From: an uncultured bacterium
Lineage (GTDB): Bacteria; RBG-13-66-14; B26-G2; WVWN01
Assembly: GCA_964631855.1 (NCBI GenBank)
Contig: CAZWAM010000002.1
Coordinates: 50,603 to 100,289 of the forward strand
Reading direction: 5' to 3'
DNA: 49,687 bases
Shown here: piece by piece, positions 16,696-25,482 of the stretch
How positions within the stretch are numbered: position 1 is the stretch's first letter
Layout of the letters: the number at the start of each line of letters is the position of its first letter
The notes under the pieces: generated by a model
Database searches by the model: none
Told to the model about the DNA's origin: nothing
Seen by the model: only the letters and a program-made list of their open reading frames with translations
Made by a program: the position numbers and the translations under genes

Positions 16696-17466
16696 TTACT
16701 TAAAAAGGACTTTGACGCGGCCCAACGAGGCGGGCGCGACGCCGACGCCAGCGACGTCAACCTTCCACAACCGCCCGTTGCCCGCCGCCGTGCCGACCCA
16801 CAAGTAGCTGCCGTCGTAAGTAGACCCTCGCACTCCCTCCGCCGGCGCGTTAAAAGACGCCACCGCTATACCGTTCGAAACGTCCACGGCGATAACGCGG
16901 AATTTCTTCTCAAAATCGTCGTATTCCGGGAACCACAAAAGCCGGCCGTCCCAAGCGGGATCGTATATCTCGTAGTAATCCGAATATGACCTTAACACCT
17001 TGCCGTCGATGCGCATTTGAAAGTAAGAGTACGGGGGTTCACCGCTTCGCTCCGTACCCCACAAGTGGAAGCCGGACCACGCGAAACCCCAGCCCACGTT
17101 CCAACCCGCCTTGAAAGAAGACGCCACGCTACCGCCCCACGCGAACCGGTAAACACGGTCCGTGGCGCCGTTGCCGGCCCAAAAATATTTCCCGTCGTGG
17201 CCTAAGCCGACGGTATCGGCACCGGCTTTTACGAACTTAAAGGAGCCGAGGACTTTCCCGTTGTTCGGGTTAACCTTCCAAATGAGATAAGGCGACGTTT
17301 CGCAGAAACAATAAAGGTCACCCTTCGCCCAGGCGAGGCCGGAAGGGTTGGCCGCCGGCGCGGGGAACGAGGCGACCACCTGGCCGAAGCCGGCAAACGT
17401 AGACGTACCAAACGTCAACGCCGCCAGGGCCCCGAGGGCGAACGACGGAAGCGCGATAATTCTCAT
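16696..17466 (-). CDS. Secreted repeat (beta-propeller-like) protein, unknown function; C-terminal LGRVKVLFK
   Basis: Type I signal peptide (ALTFGTSTFAG). Repeated G..W..G..LW-type segments. RBS GGAAGAGG lies upstream of the ATG. Confidence 0.7.
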   Translation of the reverse strand: MRIIALPSFALGALAALTFGTSTFAGFGQVVASFPAPAANPSGLAWAKGDLYCFCETSPYLIWKVNPNNGKVLGSFKFVKAGADTVGLGHDGKYFWAGNGATDRVYRFAWGGSVASSFKAGWNVGWGFAWSGFHLWGTERSGEPPYSYFQMRIDGKVLRSYSDYYEIYDPAWDGRLLWFPEYDDFEKKFRVIAVDVSNGIAVASFNAPAEGVRGSTYDGSYLWVGTAAGNGRLWKVDVAGVGVAPASLGRVKVLFK

Positions 17467-17496
17467 ACACGTACCTCTTCCATTCGTAACGCCCCC

Positions 17497-17525
17497 AATA
17501 TAAAAGTTTCACGGGAAATAATCAA
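17497..17525 (-). promoter_or_regulatory. Sigma70-like promoter for 16696..17466
   Basis: On the minus strand: TTGATT, a 17-nt spacer, then TATATT. Confidence 0.45.
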
Positions 17526-17617
17526 GTGAAAACTGCCCGAGGTTCAGGGAGGGTTATCTCGCGCGGGATTTTTACGCGGCGGGGGTAAAAAAATGTTTTC
17601 TTTATAAAACGACTTTA

Positions 17618-17626
17618 TGTTATAAT
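17618..17626 (+). promoter_or_regulatory. Extended -10 promoter candidate for the oxidoreductase operon
   Basis: TGtTATAAT at 17618-17626. The -35 region is poor. Confidence 0.35.
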
Positions 17627-17818
17627 GAAAAAGGTTTCGTATAAATACTTATCCATACTTAATTAATTAAAAAGCAGTATAAACTAACCCCCGAAAATAC
17701 GTCGTGGTTGTTGGAATTAAAGGGGCGCCGGAAAAAGGCGAAGGCAGTTGTTTTGCCCCTTCTGTTAAAAATTGCACAAACTCGAACAACTAAGCCAACT
17801 TTACCGAGGTGAGACGAA

Positions 17819-18397
17819 TTGCCCGACAAAATTCTTGAAATCCGGTGGCACGGCCGCGGCGGCCAGGGCGTAAAGACCGCGGCGATGTTGTTCGCCGAAG
17901 CCGCGTTCGAGGGCGGAAAATTCATCCAGGGCTTTTCGGACTACGGCCCCGAGCGTTCCGGCGCGCCCATACAAGGTTTCACGCGGCTGAGCGACGGCCC
18001 CATTACCCTCCACAACTTCATTACGCGGCCGGACGTAGTAGTCGTCCTCGACCCCACCCTCTTGGGAACCGTGCCCGTGACGGAGGGCTTAAAACCCGGC
18101 GGCAAGGTCGTTTTGAATACCGCGCACGAACCCGCGGAGCTGGCCGATAAATTGGGGGTGGGCAAAGAGCAGGTCTTCGCCGTCGACGCGAGGAAGATAT
18201 CGCTCGAGGTCATGGGGCGGGATATGCCCAATTCCCCGATGATCGGCGCGCTGGTCAAAGTCCTCGGCCTCGTGGAATTGCCGTGGGTCAACAAAACCTT
18301 CGAGAAAAAATTCGGCGCGAAATCCCAAAAGGTCGTCGACGCCAACGTCGCGGCGATAAAAAGGGCGTACGACGAAGTCCGCGGGACCGCGACGTAA
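17819..18397 (+). CDS. porG: 2-oxoacid (pyruvate-type):ferredoxin oxidoreductase, gamma subunit
   Basis: ILEIRWHGRGGQGVKTAA is the typical gamma-subunit N-terminus. TTG start after GAGGTGAG. Gene order is gamma-delta-alpha-beta. POR versus VOR specificity cannot be judged by eye. Confidence 0.9.
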   Translation: MPDKILEIRWHGRGGQGVKTAAMLFAEAAFEGGKFIQGFSDYGPERSGAPIQGFTRLSDGPITLHNFITRPDVVVVLDPTLLGTVPVTEGLKPGGKVVLNTAHEPAELADKLGVGKEQVFAVDARKISLEVMGRDMPNSPMIGALVKVLGLVELPWVNKTFEKKFGAKSQKVVDANVAAIKRAYDEVRGTAT

Positions 18398-18416
18398 CGC
18401 GCGGAGGATGGTGAAA

Positions 18417-18704
18417 ATGGAAAAAAAGAAGGGCTGGAAAGAAATCCCTTTAGGCGGCTTGATAACGGAGGCCGGTAATGCGGAGGAATACGAAACCGGT
18501 TCTTGGCGGACCTTCAAACCGGTCTTGGACAAAGAGACTTGCAACAACTGCCTTATATGTTGGATATTCTGCCCGGATACGTCGATCGTCGTCGAGAACG
18601 AGGAGATGGTAGGGTTCGACTACGTGCACTGTAAAGGCTGCGGCATCTGCGCCGCGGAGTGTCCCAAGAAAGCCATCGAAATGGTTCTCGACCAAGAGGA
18701 ATAG
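18417..18704 (+). CDS. porD: 2-oxoacid:ferredoxin oxidoreductase, delta subunit (2x[4Fe-4S] ferredoxin)
   Basis: CNNCLICWIFCPD and CKGCGICAAECP cluster motifs. ATG 18417 has GGAGG at 9-nt spacing; ATG 18408 abuts the RBS. Confidence 0.88.
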   Translation: MEKKKGWKEIPLGGLITEAGNAEEYETGSWRTFKPVLDKETCNNCLICWIFCPDTSIVVENEEMVGFDYVHCKGCGICAAECPKKAIEMVLDQEE

Positions 18705-18713
18705 GAGGCCCTT

Positions 18714-19910
18714 ATGGCCAAAACGGCCGTGGAAACTATAAAAGTACCGCTCGCCGGCAACGACGCCGCGGCGTACGCTATGAAGCAGGTAAACCCGGAC
18801 GTCGTCGCGGCCTACCCCATAACGCCGCAAACCGAGCTTATGCAAGCGTTCGCGCAATACGTCGCCGACGGCGAGGTCGATACCGAACTCATCCCGACGG
18901 AGAGCGAACACTCCGCTATGAGCGCCTGCGTCGGCGCCGCGGCCGCGGGCGCGCGCACTATGACGGCCACCTCCGCCAACGGCTTCGCGCTAATGTGGGA
19001 AGTGCTCTACATCGCCGCGTCGCTTCGCCTCCCCATCACCATGACCGTCGTCAACCGCGCCCTCTCCGGCCCCATCAACATCCACTGCGACCACTCCGAC
19101 TCGATGGGCGCGCGCGATGCCGGTTGGATGCAGATGTACGCCGAGAACCCGCAGGAGGCTTACGACCTCCTGCTCGTCGCCCTCAAGGCCGCGGAGAATC
19201 ACGACGTACTTCTTCCAACCATGGTTATGTACGACGGTTTCATTATCAGCCACACGATGGAGGTCGTAGAAATCCTTCCCGACGAGGCGGTGAAGAAATA
19301 CGTCGGCCCCTACAAACCCGCCTACGCCATGCTGCTCGACGAAAAGCCGTTCACCGTGGGGCCGCTCGACTTCCACGACTATTACTTCGAGCACAAGCGG
19401 CAAGAAATCGAGGGGACGGAGCACGCCCCCGCGGCGCTCGCGCAAGCCGCGGCCGAGTACGAGAAGATCAGCGGCCGCCACTACGGCCCCGTCGAGACGT
19501 ATCGGGCCGACGACGCCGACGTCATAATGGTCGCGCTGGGCTCGACCGCCGGGACGACCCGTTACGTCGTCGACGTCCTACGAGACCAGGGCAAGGCGGC
19601 CGGCTTGATGAAGCTGAGAACGTTCCGTCCCTTTCCCCACGCCGAGGTCGCCGGGGCGCTCGGGAAGGCGAAATGCGTCGTCGTCTGCGACCGCGTCGCC
19701 TCCTTCGGCGCGTTCGGCTCGCCCACGTTCATGGAAGTGCGGAGCGCGCTCTACGAGGTGCCGGAAAGGCCGCAGGTAATCAACTACATCTACGGCCTTG
19801 GCGGCCGCGATACCGGCCCCGACCTCTTGGAGCAAGCGTTTGCGGAAGGCTTTCGCGTGGCCGAGACCGGCGAGATAAAACAACACGTAGGCTACCTAGG
19901 CGTGCGTTAA
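18714..19910 (+). CDS. porA: 2-oxoacid:ferredoxin oxidoreductase, alpha subunit
   Basis: 398 aa. The N-terminus GNDAAAYAMKQVNPDVVAAYPITPQTE and the operon context are typical of the alpha subunit. Confidence 0.9.
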   Translation: MAKTAVETIKVPLAGNDAAAYAMKQVNPDVVAAYPITPQTELMQAFAQYVADGEVDTELIPTESEHSAMSACVGAAAAGARTMTATSANGFALMWEVLYIAASLRLPITMTVVNRALSGPINIHCDHSDSMGARDAGWMQMYAENPQEAYDLLLVALKAAENHDVLLPTMVMYDGFIISHTMEVVEILPDEAVKKYVGPYKPAYAMLLDEKPFTVGPLDFHDYYFEHKRQEIEGTEHAPAALAQAAAEYEKISGRHYGPVETYRADDADVIMVALGSTAGTTRYVVDVLRDQGKAAGLMKLRTFRPFPHAEVAGALGKAKCVVVCDRVASFGAFGSPTFMEVRSALYEVPERPQVINYIYGLGGRDTGPDLLEQAFAEGFRVAETGEIKQHVGYLGVR

Positions 19911-19945
19911 TTACCTCCGACGGAAACACCTCAAGGAGTGACTAG

Positions 19946-20908
19946 ATGACGACGTTGAAACAGCTATCTCACCGCGAGGAGCGCTTCACGGGCGGCCATC
20001 GCCTTTGCGCCGGCTGTGGCGCGGCCATCGTCGCCCGCCAGGTCGTGCTCGCCGCGGACGGGCCGGTCGTAGTCGGCACCGCGACCGGCTGCCTGGAAGT
20101 CGCGACGACGCTGTACCCCTACACCTCCTGGAAGGTCCCCTGGATCCACAACGCCTTCGAGAACGTCGCGGCAACGATATCCGGGGTAGAGACCGCGTAC
20201 CGCGCGTTCAAAGAAAAAGGTAAAATAGATAAGGAGTTCCATTTCGTCGCCTTCGGCGGCGACGGCGGCACCTACGACATCGGCATACAGGCGCTCTCCG
20301 GCGCGCTCGAGCGCGGCCATAAGATGCTCTACGTATGCTACGACAACCAAGCCTATATGAACACGGGCATCCAGCGCTCAGGCGCGACGCCCAAGGGCGC
20401 CTCCACCACGACCGCGCCCGCGGGTAAAGTAATCCCCGGTAAACTGCAGCGCCGCAAGGACCTGACCGCCATCGTCGCCGCACACCACATCCCGTACGCG
20501 GCGCAGGCCGCGCCCCATAACTTTATGGACCTCACGCGCAAGGTCGAGAAAGCCCTCGCCGCGGAGGGGCCCTCGTTCATTAACATCCTCGCCCCCTGCC
20601 ACCGCGGCTGGCGCCACGCGCCCGAACAAACGCTCGAGGTCACGCGCATCGCTGCGAAAACCTGCTTCTGGCCCCTCTACGAAATTATAAACGGCGAGTG
20701 GAAACTGAATTACAAACCGAGGAAAAAACTCCCCGTCGAGGAGTGGCTCAAGTTCCAAGGGCGCTTCGACCATCTATTTAAAGACGGCGGCCATCCCGAG
20801 CTCGTCTCCGAAATTCAAGCCGACGTCGACCGCGACTGGGAGGACCTGCTAAGCCGGTGCGGCGAGCTGCCGCCGCGCGAGCGCCGCGAGGAAGAAGCCG
20901 AGAAATAA
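19946..20908 (+). CDS. porB: 2-oxoacid:ferredoxin oxidoreductase, beta subunit (TPP-binding)
   Basis: CAGCG, TGCLEV, GGDGGTYDIG (TPP/Mg motif), YVCYDNQAYMNTGIQRS. Confidence 0.9.
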   Translation: MTTLKQLSHREERFTGGHRLCAGCGAAIVARQVVLAADGPVVVGTATGCLEVATTLYPYTSWKVPWIHNAFENVAATISGVETAYRAFKEKGKIDKEFHFVAFGGDGGTYDIGIQALSGALERGHKMLYVCYDNQAYMNTGIQRSGATPKGASTTTAPAGKVIPGKLQRRKDLTAIVAAHHIPYAAQAAPHNFMDLTRKVEKALAAEGPSFINILAPCHRGWRHAPEQTLEVTRIAAKTCFWPLYEIINGEWKLNYKPRKKLPVEEWLKFQGRFDHLFKDGGHPELVSEIQADVDRDWEDLLSRCGELPPRERREEEAEK

Positions 20909-20991
20909 CAACCGCCCGAAATCGAAGAACGCGAAAGCCGCCCGCGAGGGGGGCCTTGCGCTAAGTTCTCTCGCCGCGGTTTACCGTTGAC

Positions 20992-21020
20992 TTTACGCCG
21001 CGTTTGTTTTAGTTTATACT
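20992..21020 (+). promoter_or_regulatory. Promoter candidate upstream of the 21069 start
   Basis: TTTACG at 20992-20997, a 17-nt spacer, then TATACT at 21015-21020. Confidence 0.35.
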
Positions 21021-21194
21021 AAGAGAAAAGGGACTGGAAAGGCCAAACCCGAAGGAGGAGTTGCGGACGTGAAAGTTGCGACCTACGTATGCGCCGCGCT
21101 AAGCTGCGTCGCGGCGGCGTCGGCGGGACAATATATACTGTTCGGGCCGAAACCGATAAGCAGCTCGACTTGCCCGTGGGATTGTTGTTGAGGT

Positions 21195-21725
21195 ATGGAT
21201 GCCGTTCGGATCCAGGGACTGGTTCTGAAAGCAGACGGCCTCCCCGCGGGGGAAATTACCAAATGGGAATGGCACGGAAAAGGCGAGGGTACGCCGAACG
21301 TATTCCATGATTTCAAGATGCGCCTCTGCCACACGTCGCTGGGGACGCTGGGAACTAAGTACGCGTCGAACTACGACGGGAACACCCCCGTCACGGTGCT
21401 CGAGGCGCCACACTTCAACTTCCCCGCCTACGGCGACGATTGGTTCGGCTGGAACTTCGCCAAAACCTTCCCCTACAACGGGAGGGACAACCTCATAATC
21501 GAATTGTGGTGGGACGGCCACGACACCAAAGGCGGCATCATGACCTATTTCCGCTTCGGTTTCGAAGGGCGATGCGTATATTCCACGAAAGCCCACGGCC
21601 AGCCCACCTACGGGTACCCCGACGCCGGCAAAATCTGGAAATACGAGTACTACATGCGCGTAACGGCCCGGGGAGAGCCGGTCGAGAGTACCGCCCTCGG
21701 CCGAATCAAAGCGCTATACCACTAG
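21195..21725 (+). CDS. Hypothetical protein, C-terminal LGRIKALYH; likely the body of a secreted protein whose RBS and signal peptide (21069..21188) are cut off by an in-frame TGA
   Basis: 176-codon ORF. Upstream in the same frame, GAAGGAGGAG precedes GTG 21069, which encodes VKVATYVCAALSCVAAASAGQY... (signal peptide) for 40 codons up to TGA at 21189-21191. Only one codon separates that TGA from ATG 21195. Confidence 0.6.
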   Translation: MDAVRIQGLVLKADGLPAGEITKWEWHGKGEGTPNVFHDFKMRLCHTSLGTLGTKYASNYDGNTPVTVLEAPHFNFPAYGDDWFGWNFAKTFPYNGRDNLIIELWWDGHDTKGGIMTYFRFGFEGRCVYSTKAHGQPTYGYPDAGKIWKYEYYMRVTARGEPVESTALGRIKALYH

Positions 21726-21778
21726 GGACGGGCCCCGCCCGTCGCCGGTCCCGGCATTAATAACCCGATACCAAGATA

Positions 21779-21803
21779 CCGCCCGCGAGGGCGGTTTCTA
21801 TTT
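21779..21803 (+). terminator. Rho-independent terminator
   Basis: ccgccc-GCGA-gggcgg hairpin followed by TTTcTaTTT. Confidence 0.65.
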
Positions 21804-21872
21804 AGTAAAATAAATACGGCGGCCACGCCGTTTCCGGGGCCCGTTCGACGGGACAAAATCAAACGGTATAAC

Positions 21873-21901
21873 TTGCTTTAAGCAACTTTTTCTGCTAAAA
21901 T
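21873..21901 (+). promoter_or_regulatory. Sigma70-like promoter of the efflux operon
   Basis: TTGCTT at 21873-21878, a 17-nt spacer, then TAAAAT at 21896-21901. Confidence 0.5.
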
Positions 21902-21935
21902 CCCGTAATTTATTAACAAGCACTTCATATATAGA

Positions 21936-23234
21936 ATGGCGTTGATTAAGACGGCAGGCGCGTTCATCGCGATAAGCTCGAGCGCACTCGCCGCCGAGCT
22001 TACGCTCGAGGAGGCGATAGATTTCGCCCTCGCGCGCAGCCCGGCCGCGGTCGCCGCGGAGGCGACGTACCTCGCCGCGCGCGCGGACCTCTACCAGGGC
22101 TGGGGCGGCGTCCTCCCGAGCGCGAGCACATCCTACTCGGCCTCGCGCTACTTCGACCGGGAGGCGTTCCGCCTCGGCGGCTACGAGATCCCCGGCTACA
22201 AACCCCCGCTCCACTACTATTACGCGGAGGCCCGGCTAGACCAACCCGTTTTCGCCGGGGGCAGGCTATGGTGGGGCGTTATGTCGGGTCGGGCGTCGGC
22301 TCGAGCCGGCGCGGCAAGCCGCGGCCAGCAACGCCAACAGCTCGTCGTCGACGTCGCCCGCGCCTACCTCGGCGTCTTAAAAGCCAAGGGCCTAAAAGAG
22401 GTCGCCGAGCTTTCGCTGGAGGCGAGCCGTGAAAACGAGGAGCTCGCCCGGGCGCAGTACGAAACCGGCGCCACCTCGCGGGCCGAATACCTCAAGGCCG
22501 TCGTCCAAAGAGGCACGGATGATATCGCCCGCATCGCCGCGGAAGCCGCCGTCGAAACCGCCCGCCTGGCGTTCTTCAACACGGCCGGAATGGAACCGGA
22601 CGACGACCTCACTTTCGCCCCGGTCGAGGCCGCGCCCCCCCAAGACCTTCCTCCCCCCGAGGAATTGACGGGGGCGGCTATGGCCAAGCGCCCCGACGTC
22701 ACTAAGACGCGCGAAGAGAGGCGCGTCGCGGACCTGGGCGTTCGCTCAGCCGCGGCCGGCTGGTTCCCCTCCCTCGCCGCGTCCGCCACGTACGACTGGA
22801 ACGACTTCAACGCACCCTCCCGGGAAAGCTGGAACGACCTCGACGAGTGGACCGTCGGCGCAACCGCCTCCTGGTACCTCTTCGACAGCTTCCAAACCAA
22901 GGCCAACGTCGACCGGGCGCGGGCCGCGGCCGCCACCGCGCGCGTAGCGGACGCGCGACTGAGAGACGCCGTGGCGCTCGACGTCACACGCGCTTATTAC
23001 GAATACAAGAAACAAGCGGAAACCGTCGTCGTCGCCGAGGAGACCGCGGCCGCGGCGGAAGAGGAATTCGCCATCGTCCAGGAACTCTACAAATTGGGCG
23101 GCGCCTCGACGCTCGAGCTAACTGACGCGCAGGCGCGTTTCGTCGAAGCCCGGAACTCACTCGTCGAAGCGAAGTACGATTTCCTCATCGCCGACTTCGA
23201 CCTCCAAAGGTCGCTCGGCGAGTTGGAATACTAA
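21936..23234 (+). CDS. TolC-family outer-membrane efflux protein
   Basis: 432 aa. Signal-like N-terminus and two long helical repeat halves with typical OEP patterns (LTLEEAIDFAL..SP, ...Y.QG....LPS, ELT.A....V.A...L..A.YD). Confidence 0.85.
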   Translation: MALIKTAGAFIAISSSALAAELTLEEAIDFALARSPAAVAAEATYLAARADLYQGWGGVLPSASTSYSASRYFDREAFRLGGYEIPGYKPPLHYYYAEARLDQPVFAGGRLWWGVMSGRASARAGAASRGQQRQQLVVDVARAYLGVLKAKGLKEVAELSLEASRENEELARAQYETGATSRAEYLKAVVQRGTDDIARIAAEAAVETARLAFFNTAGMEPDDDLTFAPVEAAPPQDLPPPEELTGAAMAKRPDVTKTREERRVADLGVRSAAAGWFPSLAASATYDWNDFNAPSRESWNDLDEWTVGATASWYLFDSFQTKANVDRARAAAATARVADARLRDAVALDVTRAYYEYKKQAETVVVAEETAAAAEEEFAIVQELYKLGGASTLELTDAQARFVEARNSLVEAKYDFLIADFDLQRSLGELEY

Positions 23235-23236
23235 TA

Positions 23237-24157
23237 ATGCATCTGCTTAGAAATAAAAACGGCAAACTCCGCGCCTGGCTGAGGCTGCTTATGTTTTACG
23301 CCGCCGCGGCGGGTGCCGCCTTGGCGTTAATGGTCGCCCTCGCGGCCATCCTGCCTTTGAGGCAAGAAGTAAAACTGCACCCCAATTCGCTGGCCGCGAT
23401 AAACCCGTGGTTGCTCGCCTTTTACGGCCTGGTCGTCCTCGCCGCGGCCGCCGCGGTCACCGTAGCCGCGCGCGGCCTCCTGGACGGCAAAGCCCCCCTC
23501 GCGTCGTTGGGCTTAAGGCCGAGGGGCGCGCCGGCCGGCCTATCCCTCGGCTTCGGCGGCGGCGTATTATTCTTGGCGATTACGTGCGGCCTTATCGCCT
23601 TAGCCGGCGGGGCCGGCTTTCGACCCCCGTTTTCCGCGGCCACGGCGCTCGCCGCCGCGACCGGCCCGTTGGCCTACTTCGCGGTCCTCGCCGCGCTCGA
23701 GGAGCTTGCGTTGCGAGGCTATCCCATAAAGGTCCTCGACGAGTCGTGGGGGCGCGCCGGCGCCGTACTTTCCACATCGGTGGTTTTCTCCCTGCTCCAC
23801 CTCCTGAACCCGGGCGCGGGCGTCCTTCCTTTCGTAAATGTAGCCCTCGCCGGCGCCATCCTCGCGCTGCTTTACCTGCAAAGCGGCTCGCTGTGGCTCG
23901 CGATAGGCTTTCACTGGGGTTGGAACTTCGCCGAGGGCGGCGTCTTCGGCTTCCCCGTGAGCGGCGTCGCGTTCAACCCACGGCTACTTAAAGTCGCGAC
24001 GAAAGGTCCGGTTTGGCTTTCGGGCGGTTCCTTCGGGCCCGAGGGCTCGGTCGCCCTTACGGTCACGAGCGCGGTATTGATATTATTGCTTGTGACGAAG
24101 AGAATCCCCTATCCCAAAACGCCGTCCGGCGCAATCGCCGGGGGGGCATCGATATGA
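23237..24157 (+). CDS. CPBP-family (CAAX/Abi-type) intramembrane glutamic metalloprotease
   Basis: Polytopic membrane protein with all three family motifs: ALEELALRGY (EExxxR), FSLLHLLN (FxxxH), FHWGWNF (HxxxN). Confidence 0.85.
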   Translation: MHLLRNKNGKLRAWLRLLMFYAAAAGAALALMVALAAILPLRQEVKLHPNSLAAINPWLLAFYGLVVLAAAAAVTVAARGLLDGKAPLASLGLRPRGAPAGLSLGFGGGVLFLAITCGLIALAGGAGFRPPFSAATALAAATGPLAYFAVLAALEELALRGYPIKVLDESWGRAGAVLSTSVVFSLLHLLNPGAGVLPFVNVALAGAILALLYLQSGSLWLAIGFHWGWNFAEGGVFGFPVSGVAFNPRLLKVATKGPVWLSGGSFGPEGSVALTVTSAVLILLLVTKRIPYPKTPSGAIAGGASI

Positions 24158-25482
24158 AACGTCAAATAAAAATGACAAAAATACGTTGGGCTATAGTTGT
24201 TATAATATGGCTCGTAGTGATTTCGTGCCCGCTTTTGGTCGCCAACTCCAAACGTCAGCGGATCCCTACCGTGCGCGTGACCACGGCTTCGGAAACCGAC
24301 ATCACGTCCTACGTATCGGGGCCGTCGGCTGTCGACCCCCGCGTAAACGTAGAGATATCGGCGAACATAATGGGCAAGGTGACGAAGATCTACGTCGAGG
24401 AGGGCCAGCGCGTCGCCGCGGGCGACGTCTTGTTGGAGCTGGAACAAACGCAATATCTCGCCGGGCGCGACGAAGCGGGCGCCGCTTACCGGAGCGCCGT
24501 CCGCTCGCTGGAGCTCTCGCGCGCCAAGTGGAAAACGGCGCAAGAAGTCTACCGGCGCAAAAAGGAGCTTTACGAAAAGCGTCTCATATCCCAAGAGCAA
24601 TACGAACTCGCCGAGACCCAATTCCAGGGCGAACGCACGGAATACGACCTCGGCCGCGACAACGTCGTACGCGCGCGAGCCGCTCTCGTGCAGGCCAAGG
24701 ATTCGCTCTCCAAAACGGTCTACACCTCACCCATCGACGGCGTCGTAACCTCCCTCAACGTCGAAGAGGGCGAGTTCACCGTCGTGGGGACCCTCAATAC
24801 GCCCGGGACCGTAATGCTCACGGTCGCGGACCTGGCGGCCATGCAGGTCTTAGCGGACATCGACGAGACCGACGTCGTCGACGTCGACTTAGGACAGCGG
24901 GCCTCGGTAACGGTGGACGCTTTCCCGGACGAAATCTTCCGCGGTAAGGTTATCGAAATCGCCTCGAGCGCCAAAGAATCCCTCTACGCCGCGACCGAGG
25001 AAAAGACCTCCGCCGACTTCGAGGTCAAGGTACTGCTCACGGGCGACACTTCGGCCCTGCGGCCCGGTATGACCGCGACCGCGGACGTCATCACGGCCGA
25101 GGCGAAAAACGTAACCGCGATACCCATCCAGGCGCTGGTAACGCGCACGCGCGAGACGGTGGAGACGTGGAAAGAGGCGCGCAAAGGCCCGCGCGGCGCG
25201 AAAAAGGCGCCGGAAACGAAACGAGCCGGCGAGCCAGACCTCTTTCGCGCCGACTACGTCAAAGGCGTCTTCGTACTCGAGGAGGAAAAACCCCTCGTAA
25301 AGCGGGCCCGCTTCGTCGAGGTCGAAGTGGGCATAATGGGCGAAAGAGACGTACAGATTAAAAAAGGGCTCAGAGGGGACGAGACGATCGTAGCCGGCCC
25401 CTATAAAACGCTACGCCGGTTAAACGACGGCGACCTCATTCGCCTCGAAAAAGGGAAACCAATCGAAGAAGAGGCGTCCTGA
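24154..25482 (+). CDS. HlyD/MacA-family periplasmic adaptor (membrane fusion protein)
   Basis: ATG 24154 overlaps the upstream stop (ATGA) and gives MKRQIKMTKIRWAIVVIIWLVV (TM anchor). Lipoyl-like, coiled-coil and beta-barrel segments are typical of MFPs. The track extension to 24013 is rejected. Confidence 0.85.
   Translation: MKRQIKMTKIRWAIVVIIWLVVISCPLLVANSKRQRIPTVRVTTASETDITSYVSGPSAVDPRVNVEISANIMGKVTKIYVEEGQRVAAGDVLLELEQTQYLAGRDEAGAAYRSAVRSLELSRAKWKTAQEVYRRKKELYEKRLISQEQYELAETQFQGERTEYDLGRDNVVRARAALVQAKDSLSKTVYTSPIDGVVTSLNVEEGEFTVVGTLNTPGTVMLTVADLAAMQVLADIDETDVVDVDLGQRASVTVDAFPDEIFRGKVIEIASSAKESLYAATEEKTSADFEVKVLLTGDTSALRPGMTATADVITAEAKNVTAIPIQALVTRTRETVETWKEARKGPRGAKKAPETKRAGEPDLFRADYVKGVFVLEEEKPLVKRARFVEVEVGIMGERDVQIKKGLRGDETIVAGPYKTLRRLNDGDLIRLEKGKPIEEEAS

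Noticed and set aside
18659-19945. 428-aa Arg-rich ORF overlapping porA
   Set aside because: It is an alternative frame of the alpha-subunit gene. About 30% Arg, no start context and no recognisable domains.
21189-21191. Genome-wide TGA reassignment (code 4 or 25) as the explanation for the in-frame TGA
   Set aside because: At least five confident genes in the window terminate at TGA at sensible positions, some overlapping the next start.
24013-24153. 47-codon N-terminal extension of the MacA-like adaptor
   Set aside because: It lies inside the CPBP gene in another frame. ATG 24154 overlaps the CPBP stop (ATGA) and gives the expected basic-plus-TM N-terminus.
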